DNA of 64,000 nt, taken from Chiloscyllium plagiosum. Taxonomy: Eukaryota. Below the pieces are notes generated by a model. It ran no database searches, was not told the origin of the DNA, and worked only from the letters and a program-made list of their open reading frames with translations. Positions 37,626 to 48,664 of the stretch are shown piece by piece. The position numbers and the translations under genes are program-made. The stretch's first letter is position 1. Each line of letters starts with the position of its first letter. The stretch lies in assembly GCF_004010195.1 (NCBI RefSeq), contig NC_057717.1, positions 107,420,709 to 107,484,708 of the forward strand. The letters run 5' to 3'.

Positions 37626-40196
37626 ACAGATACTACTGTATCTGTAGTTTTAAGCACTTGAAAGCAGTACCTTGACCCAATGTTGGAACAGTAGCAAGAA
37701 AAGTATCAAATCAGCTGATGTGAAAATTCCAATGTTTATGGGTTGACATAGCAGAATTAACAATACATTCTTTCTCAATTCTCTGTACATTCTCACTGGT
37801 AATCCTGTGTTTTAATCAGTTTTCGCTGGAAATACTGCTTCAGTGCCTCCCAGAAAAACTTTGTTCTGCACATTGGCATAACTGACAGTTTCCCCTGTGA
37901 CACTTTGAAAAACAAAGAACAAAGATTTAATACAGTTGTCACAATACTGCTGCAGAACTGGTTTGGTAATCCTCTTACAGATCAATACTGTTTCCCTGAA
38001 GGTCCATAGCTATCAGACAACCTGGTCTCTCAGTCATTCCTAGAAATAATACTGTTGGTCTAAAGTATTCTCTCCCACACCGTAGGCACAACTCTCCTTG
38101 CTTCTAATTGTCAACATCCTCCATTTCCTGAAGAGACAACAGCATTTATAATAAAAAGGCAAAAACGTGGGTTCTTGTTGCACTGTACCTATCTCTGAGC
38201 CAGGAGGCCAGGGTTCAAGTCCTACCTGCTCCAGAGGTGTGTAATAACCCCTCTGAAGTGTTTGATTAGAAATTATCTAAGACAATAAATTGGGTGGATT
38301 GGTTAAGTTTGGAGTCCACATGTTTCAAGGAAAAAAACAAATAATGCTAAATGAGAAAGAAAATTAAATTCACTGGCTATACCAAGGCAAAATATTGCTT
38401 TGCCCAATTAGCCAAGAAGCAAATTCTGTAATCTGAAAGCTAAGGTTAAACTGTGCACATCTAAATTTGTTCTGGTGGCTGTGCACAGAAAGGAATGTCT
38501 CAATTATAGTGATGTACTGTCCATTGAAGTCCTAGAGATTGCACACACAAGGCATCTGTACATTGCCTATTGGCTTCTGTTCCTTCTGAATGCACAGTAC
38601 AGGTGTTCACCTCGACAGGAGATGTAGTTTTAGTTCCTTTATGCAAAACTCAAGGCAGTTTTATGTTCTTTAAAATTCAGATCATTAATAAGGTTTCTCC
38701 CATTTTACATTTTATAATAATTATAGTATGAGCTCATTTAGTTGCGGTTGACAAAATTAAAAGTAATTCTTGTCTGCCACTGTAATTAGTCAAATTACAC
38801 TGTCACACCAGAATCTAAATACAGTGTATAAACAACAGCCCAGCACTAGTTGCAAAAAAGGTTTCATAATATGGGGTAATCTTGGCAAAAAATCACACAT
38901 GACATCTCTCTTAAAACCCCTGGCATTATTCACACTTACATTTCTTGTCATCTCACTTCTTTTTATGACTGTGTCCTGTACCCTTTCCACAATCCTAAAT
39001 CGGCTGATGCCATCGCTCCCGCTTCTCCATCCTTTATTGCTTTCAAAAAGTAAAAGTCTATTTCAACTCACTGACTCAGTTTCTATGAGAATAAAAGAGT
39101 AAACACTGCATCTAGCAGTTTGGCATCAAGCATCGAGGCAGACCGTCTTGATCACCTGTGATCTGCACCTGCTCATCTGGGATTCTTTGTGTGTTGTATG
39201 AGGCAGCATTGCCACCTGGAATTAAGCTGTGTATCAACTTTATTACCAATTTTACTTCTTAAGTTAAAAGTAACAACAACTAGACTTGACACAAGTAATG
39301 AATTAAACAATAAGCATAACATGGAATGACAAAAAAGCGATGTGTGCAAAATGAATAGGGCTGGCCTAGAACTTCCTCCTGCCCTTCCAGCGAGGGCCTC
39401 CTTCCTTGGCTCAGAAGGGATCACACAGTCATTAGTGTTCTGGGTCCATGAACAATGGAGTACATTTATTTTAAAATATATTTGGGGGGTAAGAGAGGAA
39501 ACAGGGGTCAAGGGGAGATGGCTTGGTTTCAATAATGCTTTGGTTAAAGCCTCCCATTACCTCTTCCTATCATCCCCATATGGCAGACAGGCTAAGGACT
39601 TTCTAGTTGCATGGGGTAGCATACCAATACAGTTTGCAGCTCACATCCTTGAATATGGTTTATTTCTCTCTCGCAAACTGAAAAGCTTGCCCCCCCCCCA
39701 AAAAGTTAGCTTATCCCCAGGGGGTAAAATATCTGGGGAAAAATGTTGATTCGGATCCAAATCACATCTGTCAACCATATACTAATGATTCTGGCAAAAG
39801 ATAGATTTAAATATGCCATAGTAACAACTGAATAATCTAGGAACTGCTAAGAGCAGGAACAATAAATAAAGATAATAAGAATGGAAATAACTGAATAAAA
39901 CCATGAATTATAAATAAATGTAGATGCTTTGAATTATGCAATGTCAAGTAAATCAGCAGGTAGGAGAGTTGTATTTTGCCTCTACAAGAGAATTAGTGAG
40001 AGCTCCTGCTTCTGATTGCAAACCAGGTGACTCTCTCACACATGATAAGAGGATCAAACTCAGCTACGATGATGCTCATGATTAACATTTTGTCAATACC
40101 AATTGTTTGACTCATACATAAAAATGACCACTTGTTTGGCACCACAGGTTGCACCGCAGGCAGCAAGCACCATCACGTTGCTATCTGGAGGAAAAC

Positions 40197-40610
40197 ATAG
40201 AATCTTGGCGTCACACAGGATACAAACAGACCCTTCAATCCAACCAGTCCATGCCGATCATAATCGCAAACTAAACTAGTCCTCCCTGCCTGCATTTGGT
40301 CCCTCTAAACCCTGCCTACTCATGTACTTATCGAAGTGTTTTTTAAATGTTGTAACTGTACCCACATTCACCAATTCGTCTCAAAGTTCATTCCATACAT
40401 GAACCACCCTCTGTGTAAACAAATTGCCTCATGTCTTTTTTAAAAATCTATCTCCTCTCACCTTAAAAATATGCCCTCTAGTCTTGAAATCCCCCACCAT
40501 TGGAAAAATAAACCTGCCATTCACATTTCTCTGCCCTTCATGATTTTATAAACCTCCTATGCTCTGGGAAAAATATCCCAGCCTATCCAACCTCTCTTTA
40601 TAACTCAATG
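40197..40610 (-). mobile_element. CR1 3' fragment
   Basis: Similar to the CR1 3' tail. Confidence 0.85.
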
Positions 40611-41728
40611 GGCTGAAAATTGAAGTTACCCTTCAGAGCAGAAACAACAATCCAGATTTTGCATTGGAATGATGCCAAATTGTTTCTGATTGTATAATGT
40701 AATGCAAAATTTCAGTTATCAGTGATTCCCTCTCCTAAAGGTGCACTATTGAAGTCTCTGTAAACTGCAATTGTTACAATTACATTCAACATATCAGAAC
40801 TTCCTTCTTTTCTTTTTAAAATTACTTTTAAATAGTCACTTGTTAATGCAACATAATTTTTTAATAGAATGCTAAGTCATGGTTCTGAAAAATAAATGTT
40901 ATATTTGTAAAACGTCAATTTTTCCCCTTTAAAAATACCTGGGTTTTTTTTGTAATAACATACTTAAAAGCTTGTTTACAATATTTCAACTTCTCTGGTG
41001 TGCCCCAGCATTTATTTTCATACTCTGCAAAATGTATAAACATTGAAGATTAATACGTGAGTTTTACTTCTTGGTTTGTTGAAAATTATTCAATGTGCTT
41101 GGGGGTTTACCCTGCTTGATGACATCACTATTGCTCGCTGCCTGGAGATCACCTTGACTTTGTACCAGTTAAAATTGGGAAAGATGAAATGCACAGCAAA
41201 AGAGACCAACAGATCCTTATGGGAAACTCTCTTCAAGGTCAGCATCAAGTAGTGCTGCTTCGCCACTGATTGTAAAATGTAGTCCAGTAGTAATAAAAGT
41301 TAAACTAACTTTGCACTGCATTTATATTTCCGAATTCTTCTACTGCCACCTAGTGACTGCATTTGTGGTAGCTAATGACTATATCTTCATTTCCATTAAC
41401 AAAAAATAAACCTACATAAGTTTTATGTATATCCCTGAAATACTTTTGCCATAGGGGAGGTGCTGGTGTAGCACAATTATCCAGAAACCCCAGACCAAAG
41501 TCTGGCCTTCAAATCCCATGGCAGATGGTGAAATTTGAATTCAAGAAAAATCTTGAATTAAAATTGAGCACTGTAGGGATTATTCTAAGATTCAATAATT
41601 CAATGTAAACATTGTTGAATGTTATGCAAACTCACCTGGTTCACTTAATGTCCATTAGAGTAAGTAATCTGCCATCCTTACCTTACCTGACTTACATGTG
41701 ACTGCAGACCCTCAGCAATGTGGTTGAA

Positions 41729-42039
41729 TTAGATTAGATTACTTACAGTGTGGAAACAGGCCCTTCGGTCCAACAAGTCCACACCAACCCGCCGAAGCAC
41801 AACCCACCCATACCCCTACACCTACCCCTTACCTAACACTACTGGCAATTTAGCATGGCCAATTCACCTGACCTGCACATCTTTGGACTGTGGGAGGAAA
41901 CGGGAGCACCCGGAGGAAACCCACGCAGACACGGGGAGAATGAGCAAACTCCACACAGTCAGTCGCCTCAGGCGGGAATTGAACCCGGGTCTCTGGCGCT
42001 GTGAGGCAGCAGTGCTAACCACTGTGCCACCGTGCCGCC
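41729..42039 (-). mobile_element. Young HE1-type SINE inserted in an older SINE (41453-42150)
   Basis: Intact A and B boxes; (ctaat)n tail; near-identical to 60400-60721. Confidence 0.95.
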
Positions 42040-42416
42040 CACTTAAATGCTCTCCTAAAGATCTTGCCTGCCACTCAGATCAAGAGTTATAGAAAGGCAA
42101 TAAATACTGGCCCAGTCAGCAATGCTCATATCCCTTCACTGAACAGAAAATAAACTAAGGGAATGACCAAAGTTCCAGGGAAGAGTCATACTGGATGGAG
42201 CTGAGGGATAGAATGAGTGTTAATCTTCCCAGTCTACTATATCTTTTTCTTGCCAAATATTAGACTTCTTTATTTTTATTTCATTTTTATTTTTATTCAT
42301 TTTTTTAAAAATGGATACAACTATTGAAGGATTGTAAGATTTATTTTCAAAATATAAACTGAAATTGTGGGACTATATCTATATTGTTTAGATTGGTTGT
42401 ATTTTTCTCCCCTTAG

Positions 42417-42473
42417 GTACTGGGCTGGACTAATTATCTTTCTATACCTTGGTCTGACAGAAATTGGGATAAG
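42417..42473 (+). CDS. soul2: SOUL/HEBP-family gene exon 2 (signal peptide: (M)YWAGLIIFLYLGLTEIGI(S))
   Basis: Polypyrimidine tract and ttag| acceptor, ag|GTAAGA donor. Hydrophobic peptide; phase fits exon 3. Confidence 0.8.
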
Positions 42474-43844
42474 GTAAGAAATGAATAGTGTACCCAAAGA
42501 AGTAAATAGGAGACTGTGATTTAGAAGCACCAATCATGTGTCCTGCAACTTATAGTATCATAGCTGAATGTGATGAGGTCTTTATTTCACCTTGCTCTGA
42601 ATTCCTAATAAACACAGACTTCTGATCAACTGACCATCACTGCAAAATGCACAGGATTGGGTTTAGGTATTCTGTGACACAGCCAGATATTTTGCCAGCA
42701 CTCATTGTCTGGACTCACATTTGGAGAATGGCCAACTGGCAAAGTATAGGGGAAAGGCAAAAATGAGTACTGCAGATGCTGGAGATTAGAGTCAAAAGTG
42801 TGGTGCTGGAACGGTGTGGTACTAGGGGATGCTAATTACAACACAGCTGAAATTCAAGAATAGTTAGTGCCTTCAGGGAGGAGAATAGGAAAGACACTAA
42901 TAAGCAAAAGCATAGTGCAGTCAGCTTTTGTCCAGGTACGAGATGGATTACTCTACAAAGTGAGACACTCTATCGTGGATAGTGTAAAACTGGTGTTTTA
43001 CCATCTCTCATGATTAATCACAGACTACCATCAGTGATACCAATAGAATATCTTTCAGCCTTTTATAAAACAGAAAACAATCATTAACTGGCAAACAGTG
43101 CCTGTATTTTCTAGTGTAAACGTGCTTACAAATCAATAGCATATATAGGAAAATACTAGGTTTATACAACAAGTGTAGAGCTTATAAACTTAAAGATCAC
43201 TTAGGATCTGCTCAATGTTTCAGTGAATAGCTGAGCCATACAAGTCAGGCAGATCCTTGCCCTCTTATAATAGTGATTACAATTTAAAAACACTTAAGTG
43301 ACTGGAAAGCACTTTGAGACATCCAATGGTTGTACAAACTGCAATATACATGTATGGCTTCCTTTCTTTTTAACTGAACTCAGTCAAACCAATGATAGAG
43401 GCCTGAAATTTGGCTACACTGTTCAAATTAAGGAAGAATATAAAGTTTCCAGAGTTTTCACTGCTCATAGTTAGCCAGAAATGCTCGCTAGTTAGTGTTG
43501 TTATATATACTGAATGATAATATGTGTGAAAATTCTCACTAAGGTTACTTGTTGAAATAAGGGGAATCATTATGCTGATTCTTTCCATTAGATGATGCAA
43601 CCCAATACACTCCGCCAAAATCTGTTTGTCAATTCCTGAAGGAGACAGAAATAAGACGAAAAAACTCCAGCAAAAAATCATAAATGGCCCCTTGATTCCT
43701 ACAGGCATTCAAGTCAGCGCTAGGAGACAACATGAATTGATAAACTTAACTATCTCCTTTCATTGTCCCCCTCAATCAGATGCCAAATGGCCCGAAGTGT
43801 TCAGGAACACAAGACAGAATAGCCCTGTAAACTTCCTACTTAAT

Positions 43845-44340
43845 TCATATTGCGTACAGTTCTGGCTGCCACAAAATAGTAAGGATTTGGAAGCATTGGA
43901 AAGGGTGCAGAAGAGATTTACCAGGATGTTGCCTGATATGGAAGGAAGGTCTTATGAGAAAGGCTGAGGGACTTGAGGCTGTTTTGGTTAGAGAGAAGAA
44001 GGTTGAGAGGTGACTTAAAGAGACAGACAAGACGACCAGAGGATTAGATAGGGTGGACATTGAGAGCCTTTTTCCTCGGATAGTGATGGCTAGCACGGGG
44101 AGACATAACTTTAAATTGAGGGGTGATAGGTAGGTTCTTTACTTAGACAGTAGTAAGGGCATGAAATGCCCTGCCTGCAACAGTAGTAGACTGGCCAACA
44201 TTAAGGGTATTTAAATGGTTATTGGATAAATATATGGATGATAATGGAATAGTGTAGGTGAGATCGGCTTCAGATTGGTTTCACATGTCAACACAACATC
44301 AAGGGTCAAAGGGCCTGTACTGAGCTGTAATGTTCTATGT
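43845..44340 (+). mobile_element. CR1 3' fragment
   Basis: YCVQFWLP...LERVQKRFTRMLP. Confidence 0.9.
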
Positions 44341-44519
44341 TATATATCTCAAAGATCAAACTTCCTATCTTTACATGTCTTTTAAGCATCTTCAATGGTG
44401 TATCTGTCAAAAATGCAAGCATTATTTTAAGATGGATTACTATGCTGAAATGGTGGTCAAGGATGATTTGGCTAATATTTACTTACAATTTTTTTGTTCT
44501 TTTATTCATCTTTGAGCAG

Positions 44520-44598
44520 TGATTCTAAACCAGCTCAATGCAATGAAGTAAAGGAATGTTTCAACTATGACCTTGTTTGTGAAACTTCAGATTATGAG
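44520..44598 (+). CDS. soul2: SOUL-family exon 3 (DSKPAQCNEVKECFNYDLVCETSDYE)
   Basis: cag| acceptor, gag|GTGAGA donor. The CxExxEC..Y.LVC...YE|VRHY pattern resembles the N-terminus of fish soul2-type proteins. Confidence 0.92.
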
Positions 44599-45246
44599 GT
44601 GAGAAATGGAGCTCAGAACTACTTCTCAATTCTAGAGTAAAATGAATAAAGTGTGTATAATGTAAGAAGCTGGGAAGTTCATTTCTGCAGGAGTGAATTT
44701 CTTTTGCTTTGCATACTGCTTACCTTGGACAAATAGGATTTGAAAAAGAATATTGGATTGATCATTTTTCTTTTGACCTTCAAAACAATAGGCGCTGTAT
44801 ATGATGTCAATAAGCAACATTTGAAAAATATATTTAATCTCTATGAAGTAACTAATGACATCTGAAAGGAAAGGGTTAAAATAGTAATTAGTTGTTGAGT
44901 GAGGACACAGTTATTTTACTCTTGAATACAGCTTGAATTTGATCCAGACAAGACTAACAAATGACAATTGACATTCGTCATCAGCCATAAGCATCCTACA
45001 TGGAATGAGATCAAGTAGTTTCAAACCAGTTTTGATGGGCATGGGTCCAGAAAACAAAACATGTTATTTTAGTGTATAAGTTTACACAGAAATAATCATA
45101 AAGCTGGTTAATCTAGGCAAACAGAATCAAAATCATGTAGCTGGGAATAAGATATGCTTTGTTAAGTTTACATGGTTTGATCTTTAGCTAGTTGAACTGA
45201 CTGTTTGATGTTTAATCTCTGCTTTCCTTTATTGCTCCACATGTAG

Positions 45247-45367
45247 GTTCGCCATTACAATGCTTCAAAATGGGTTGCTACAAACACTACGTCCTTCTTA
45301 ATGGAATTTGCCATGTACTCAGGATTCACAAGGCTCTTTCAGTACATTCAGGGCAAAAATGCAGAAG
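45247..45367 (+). CDS. soul2: SOUL-family exon 4 (VRHYNASKWVATNTTSFLMEFAMYSGFTRLFQYIQGKNAE)
   Basis: tag| acceptor, g|GTACAA donor. Contains the SOUL motifs 'YEVRHY...KWV' and 'GF.RLF.YIQG.N'. Confidence 0.95.
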
Positions 45368-47094
45368 GTACAAATATGAGAACAAAGATTAAATATAACA
45401 GGGACAATCATACTAGTTGTAACATTTACTTTCAGAGTTTTATTTCAAAGTTAAAATGGACATTTAACTCAAAATAAATTGCTTAACATCTGGACAAAGC
45501 ACCATATTGTGTCTATGTAGTCAGGTGCAGTGATTTTGGAAAAGACTAGAGAACTGACAGTGGTCTGCAGGGAGGGAGGAAAGATTAAATGGCACCTACC
45601 AAAGCTTGTTCTTACATATTTCTTAGCAATGGCGAGCAAATAAAGTCCGACACCAGGTTGATTGTTGACCAGTGGCTTGACTCCACTGCAGTTTACAAGT
45701 ATGAGGAGTGACTTGATTTAAGGTCTTGACAAAGTTAATGTGGAAAAGATATTTCCTCTTGTAGGTCAGTCCATATCTAGGGGACCCTGTTTTAAAATTA
45801 GGGATCATCTTTTTAAGACAGACATGAGGAGAACTTTTTCACTCATAGGGTTGTGTGACTTTGGAATTCTCTTCCTCAAAAGATGGTGAAGGCAATGCTC
45901 ACTGAATATTTTTAAGGCAAAGGTAGACAGCTTCTTGTTAGACAAGTGAATGAAGGATTATTGAGTGTAGATCAGAATGTAGAATTTGAAACACAAATAT
46001 TTCAATCATGGAGTAGGTTCTAGGGGCCAAATGGTCTATTCCCGATCCTATTTCAAATATTCATAGCTGCCTACTTAATTATTTTCTTAAACAAGAATCA
46101 TTTTTGACACAAGAGCACCCAACAAAGATGGAGGGAATAAATACCTCCTTAAAAATAATCAGAACCATTTTAATTGCAAAGAGTCTGTTTTTGAAAGCCC
46201 ATGAAAACTACTTTTAACAATTATTGAACAGGTTGTGCCAAGATTCTGTCAAAACTAAGTTGTTAAGTTTTACAAACAAATCTTAAAGCAACAGAGGAAA
46301 GTGAAGAGGCAGGGGTCTTTCACAAGTGACACTCCAGAGAATGGAACCTAAAAGACTAAAGCCATGTTGTCAACAAATGAGCAACTGGAACTAATAATCC
46401 ACAACTGCCTGAAATCAGGGTAAAAGACAGTTTGTCCAGGTCAGACGAGCTTATGGAGACAACAAGAGACAAGGCTACAAGGAATTTGTTTTAAAAATTT
46501 CAAGGATTTCAAAATTTGATGTAGTAGGTGTATATGTGTACAGGTCATTCAAGGTGGTAGGACAGGTGGAGAGACTAGTCAATACGGCACACAGTGTCCT
46601 TGGCTTTACCAAAAGAGATAGAATACAAGAACGAGGAGGTGATGTTAAATTCGCCTAAGTCATTTGCTGGACCTCAGCTAGAGTACTGTGTACAGCTGTA
46701 GGTATCACTTTATAGGAGAGGAGTGAATTCATTGGAGAGATTTCAGAAGCGATTTACATGAACAGTTCCAGATATGAGAAAACTTCAGTTATGAATATAG
46801 ATTGAAGGAGTTGGGACTGTTCTCTTTTCAGAGAAGACTTGATTGAGGTTCTCAAAATCATGAGAGAGCCGAATGAAGTAGACAGGAATAAGTTGTTCCA
46901 ATTGATTGAAGGAACAAGAGGGTATATAGGTTTAAAGTGATGTGCAAATAAAGCAAGGGTGATGTGACAAAAAGCTTTTTCACTGTGAGTAGTTAGGATA
47001 TAGAATACACTGCCTGGAAGTGTGTTGGAGCTAAGTTCAATTGAGACATACAAGAGAGCATTGGATGATTATTTGGATAGAAATAATGTATAAG

Positions 47095-47584
47095 TTGTTG
47101 TGGTTCTGTTCGCCGAGCTGGAAATTTTTGTTGCAAACGTTTCGTCCCCTGTCTAGGTGACATCCTCAGTGCTTGGGAGCCTCCTGTGAAGTGCTTCTGT
47201 GGTGTTTCCTCTGGCATTTATAGTGGCCTGTCCCTGCCTCTTCCGGTTGTCAGTTTCAGCTGTCCGCTGTAGTGGCCGGTATATTGGGTCCAGGTCGATG
47301 TGTTTGTTGATGGAGTTCATCCACAAACTCCATCAACAAACACATCGACCTGGACCCAATATACCGGCCACTACTGCGGACAGCTGAAACTGACAACCGG
47401 AAGCGGCAGGGACAGGCCACTATAAATGCCGGAGGAAACACCACAGAAGCGCTTCACAGGAGGCTCCCAAGCACTGAGGATGTCACCTAGACAGGGGACG
47501 AAACGTTTGCAACAAAAATTTCCAGCTCGGCGAACAGAACCACAACAACGAGCACCCGAGATACAAATCTTCACCCAAACTTTG
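47095..47584. mobile_element. Young Penelope 3'-end foldback element (224-bp arms)
   Basis: Arms 47094-47317 and 47326-47549 with about 4 mismatches. Encodes SSTNSINKHIDLDPIYRPL (Penelope ORF C-terminus). 13-bp TSD aataatgtataag. Confidence 0.92.
47471..47510 (+). ncRNA. Minimal type I hammerhead ribozyme motif (mirror copy 47133-47172 on -)
   Basis: gca-CUGAGGA-u-GUCaCCU agac AGGgGAC-GAAAC-GUU-ugc. All core nucleotides present; stem I gca/ugc; palindromic stem III. Confidence 0.8.
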
Positions 47585-48664
47585 AATAATGTATAAGGGC
47601 ATGCGGGGGGAAGCAGGAGGTTTTCACTAGATGACGATGTTGGATTGAAGAGCTGGTGCAGGATAATGGGCTGAATGGCCTCCTTCTGCACTGAAACAAT
47701 TCTGTGATTCTGTGAAATTCAATCAACCTACAAAACAAATACTGACTGTTCAACTACCCTTGTCAATGTTACCTGTAACCTCCAATGCAACAGCCACAAC
47801 ATTCAACTATCCGTTCTTCATGACAATTCAGAGACAGATCCTGTGACCTTCTCCCATGTCCATACTCCAAATCCCACACACCAAGTCTTGTTATCACATG
47901 GTCTGCTATTACACACTACCCATTGTTTGCTACTCATAGTCCCCATCAGCAGCCACTCAATCTCCTAGGCTGATTGTTATCTACTCCTTTGCCTGAGAAC
48001 TGTTCTTTTTCCTCTTTGGGCTCTACCTCGACCTATCATTTACTTCTTACCCTCTCCCTCCAACCTATCCTCTGCATAAAAACTAACCTTTTTCTAGCTA
48101 CCACCAGTTCTGAAGAAGAGTCACTGGGCCAAAAAGTTTACTCTGATTTCTCTCCACAGATGCAGCTAGACCTGCTGAAATTTTCCAACAATTTCTGCTT
48201 TTGTTACAAAATCACATATGTTTCTTTTTGACTTTTATCTTTTTGGACTCAAACGTTAATTCTAATCTATGTGTATAACATCTGTATGTTATTAGTACTT
48301 TGCATGTTTTGACATTAATAAACTAACTCTTTTTCCATGCTGTACATCTTTATGACTCTATGAATCTAAAGCTTGGTTAAATTGACTCCTTTCAAAATGT
48401 ATGCTAATTTGATTCTGGGTGAAAAGGAAGGGATCAGATTTCACATGTGACTGAGGGTCAGGTGATTAAAAGAGGGAAGCCAGTTCATGCCTTCTCCCTG
48501 TGAGCTTAACAGTTTTGGATATCCCTCTTGGAACTGTAACAAACTGGGAAACATAGGACATAGAAGGGCTGATGAAGAGCTCCTGCATGAAATGTCGATT
48601 TTCCTGCTCCTCGGATGCTGCCTGACCAGCTGTGCTTTTCCAACCCACTCTAATCTTTATAGAG

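Larger units (their letters stand above)
1207..38127 (-). pseudogene. Putative decayed multi-exon gene of unknown family. Candidate exons 38127-37979, ~37895-37671, 32376-32228, 31618-31333, 31176-31020, 29238-29117, 24765-24550, 23843-23662, 14220-13966, 5786-5665, 1387-1207
   Basis: Non-repetitive blocks bounded by pyrimidine-rich AG acceptors and GT donors (GTAAGT, GTGAGT, GTGAGC, GTATGT, GTAAGA). Translations are protein-like but carry in-frame stops and frameshifts. Confidence 0.55.
46530..47715 (+). mobile_element. Old CR1 3' fragment hosting a Penelope foldback insertion
   Basis: CR1 sequence resumes exactly after the TSD at 47597. Confidence 0.8.

Noticed and set aside
47199..47444. 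Mirror-image ORFs on both strands
   Set aside because: A consequence of the foldback; antisense of the Penelope C-terminus.
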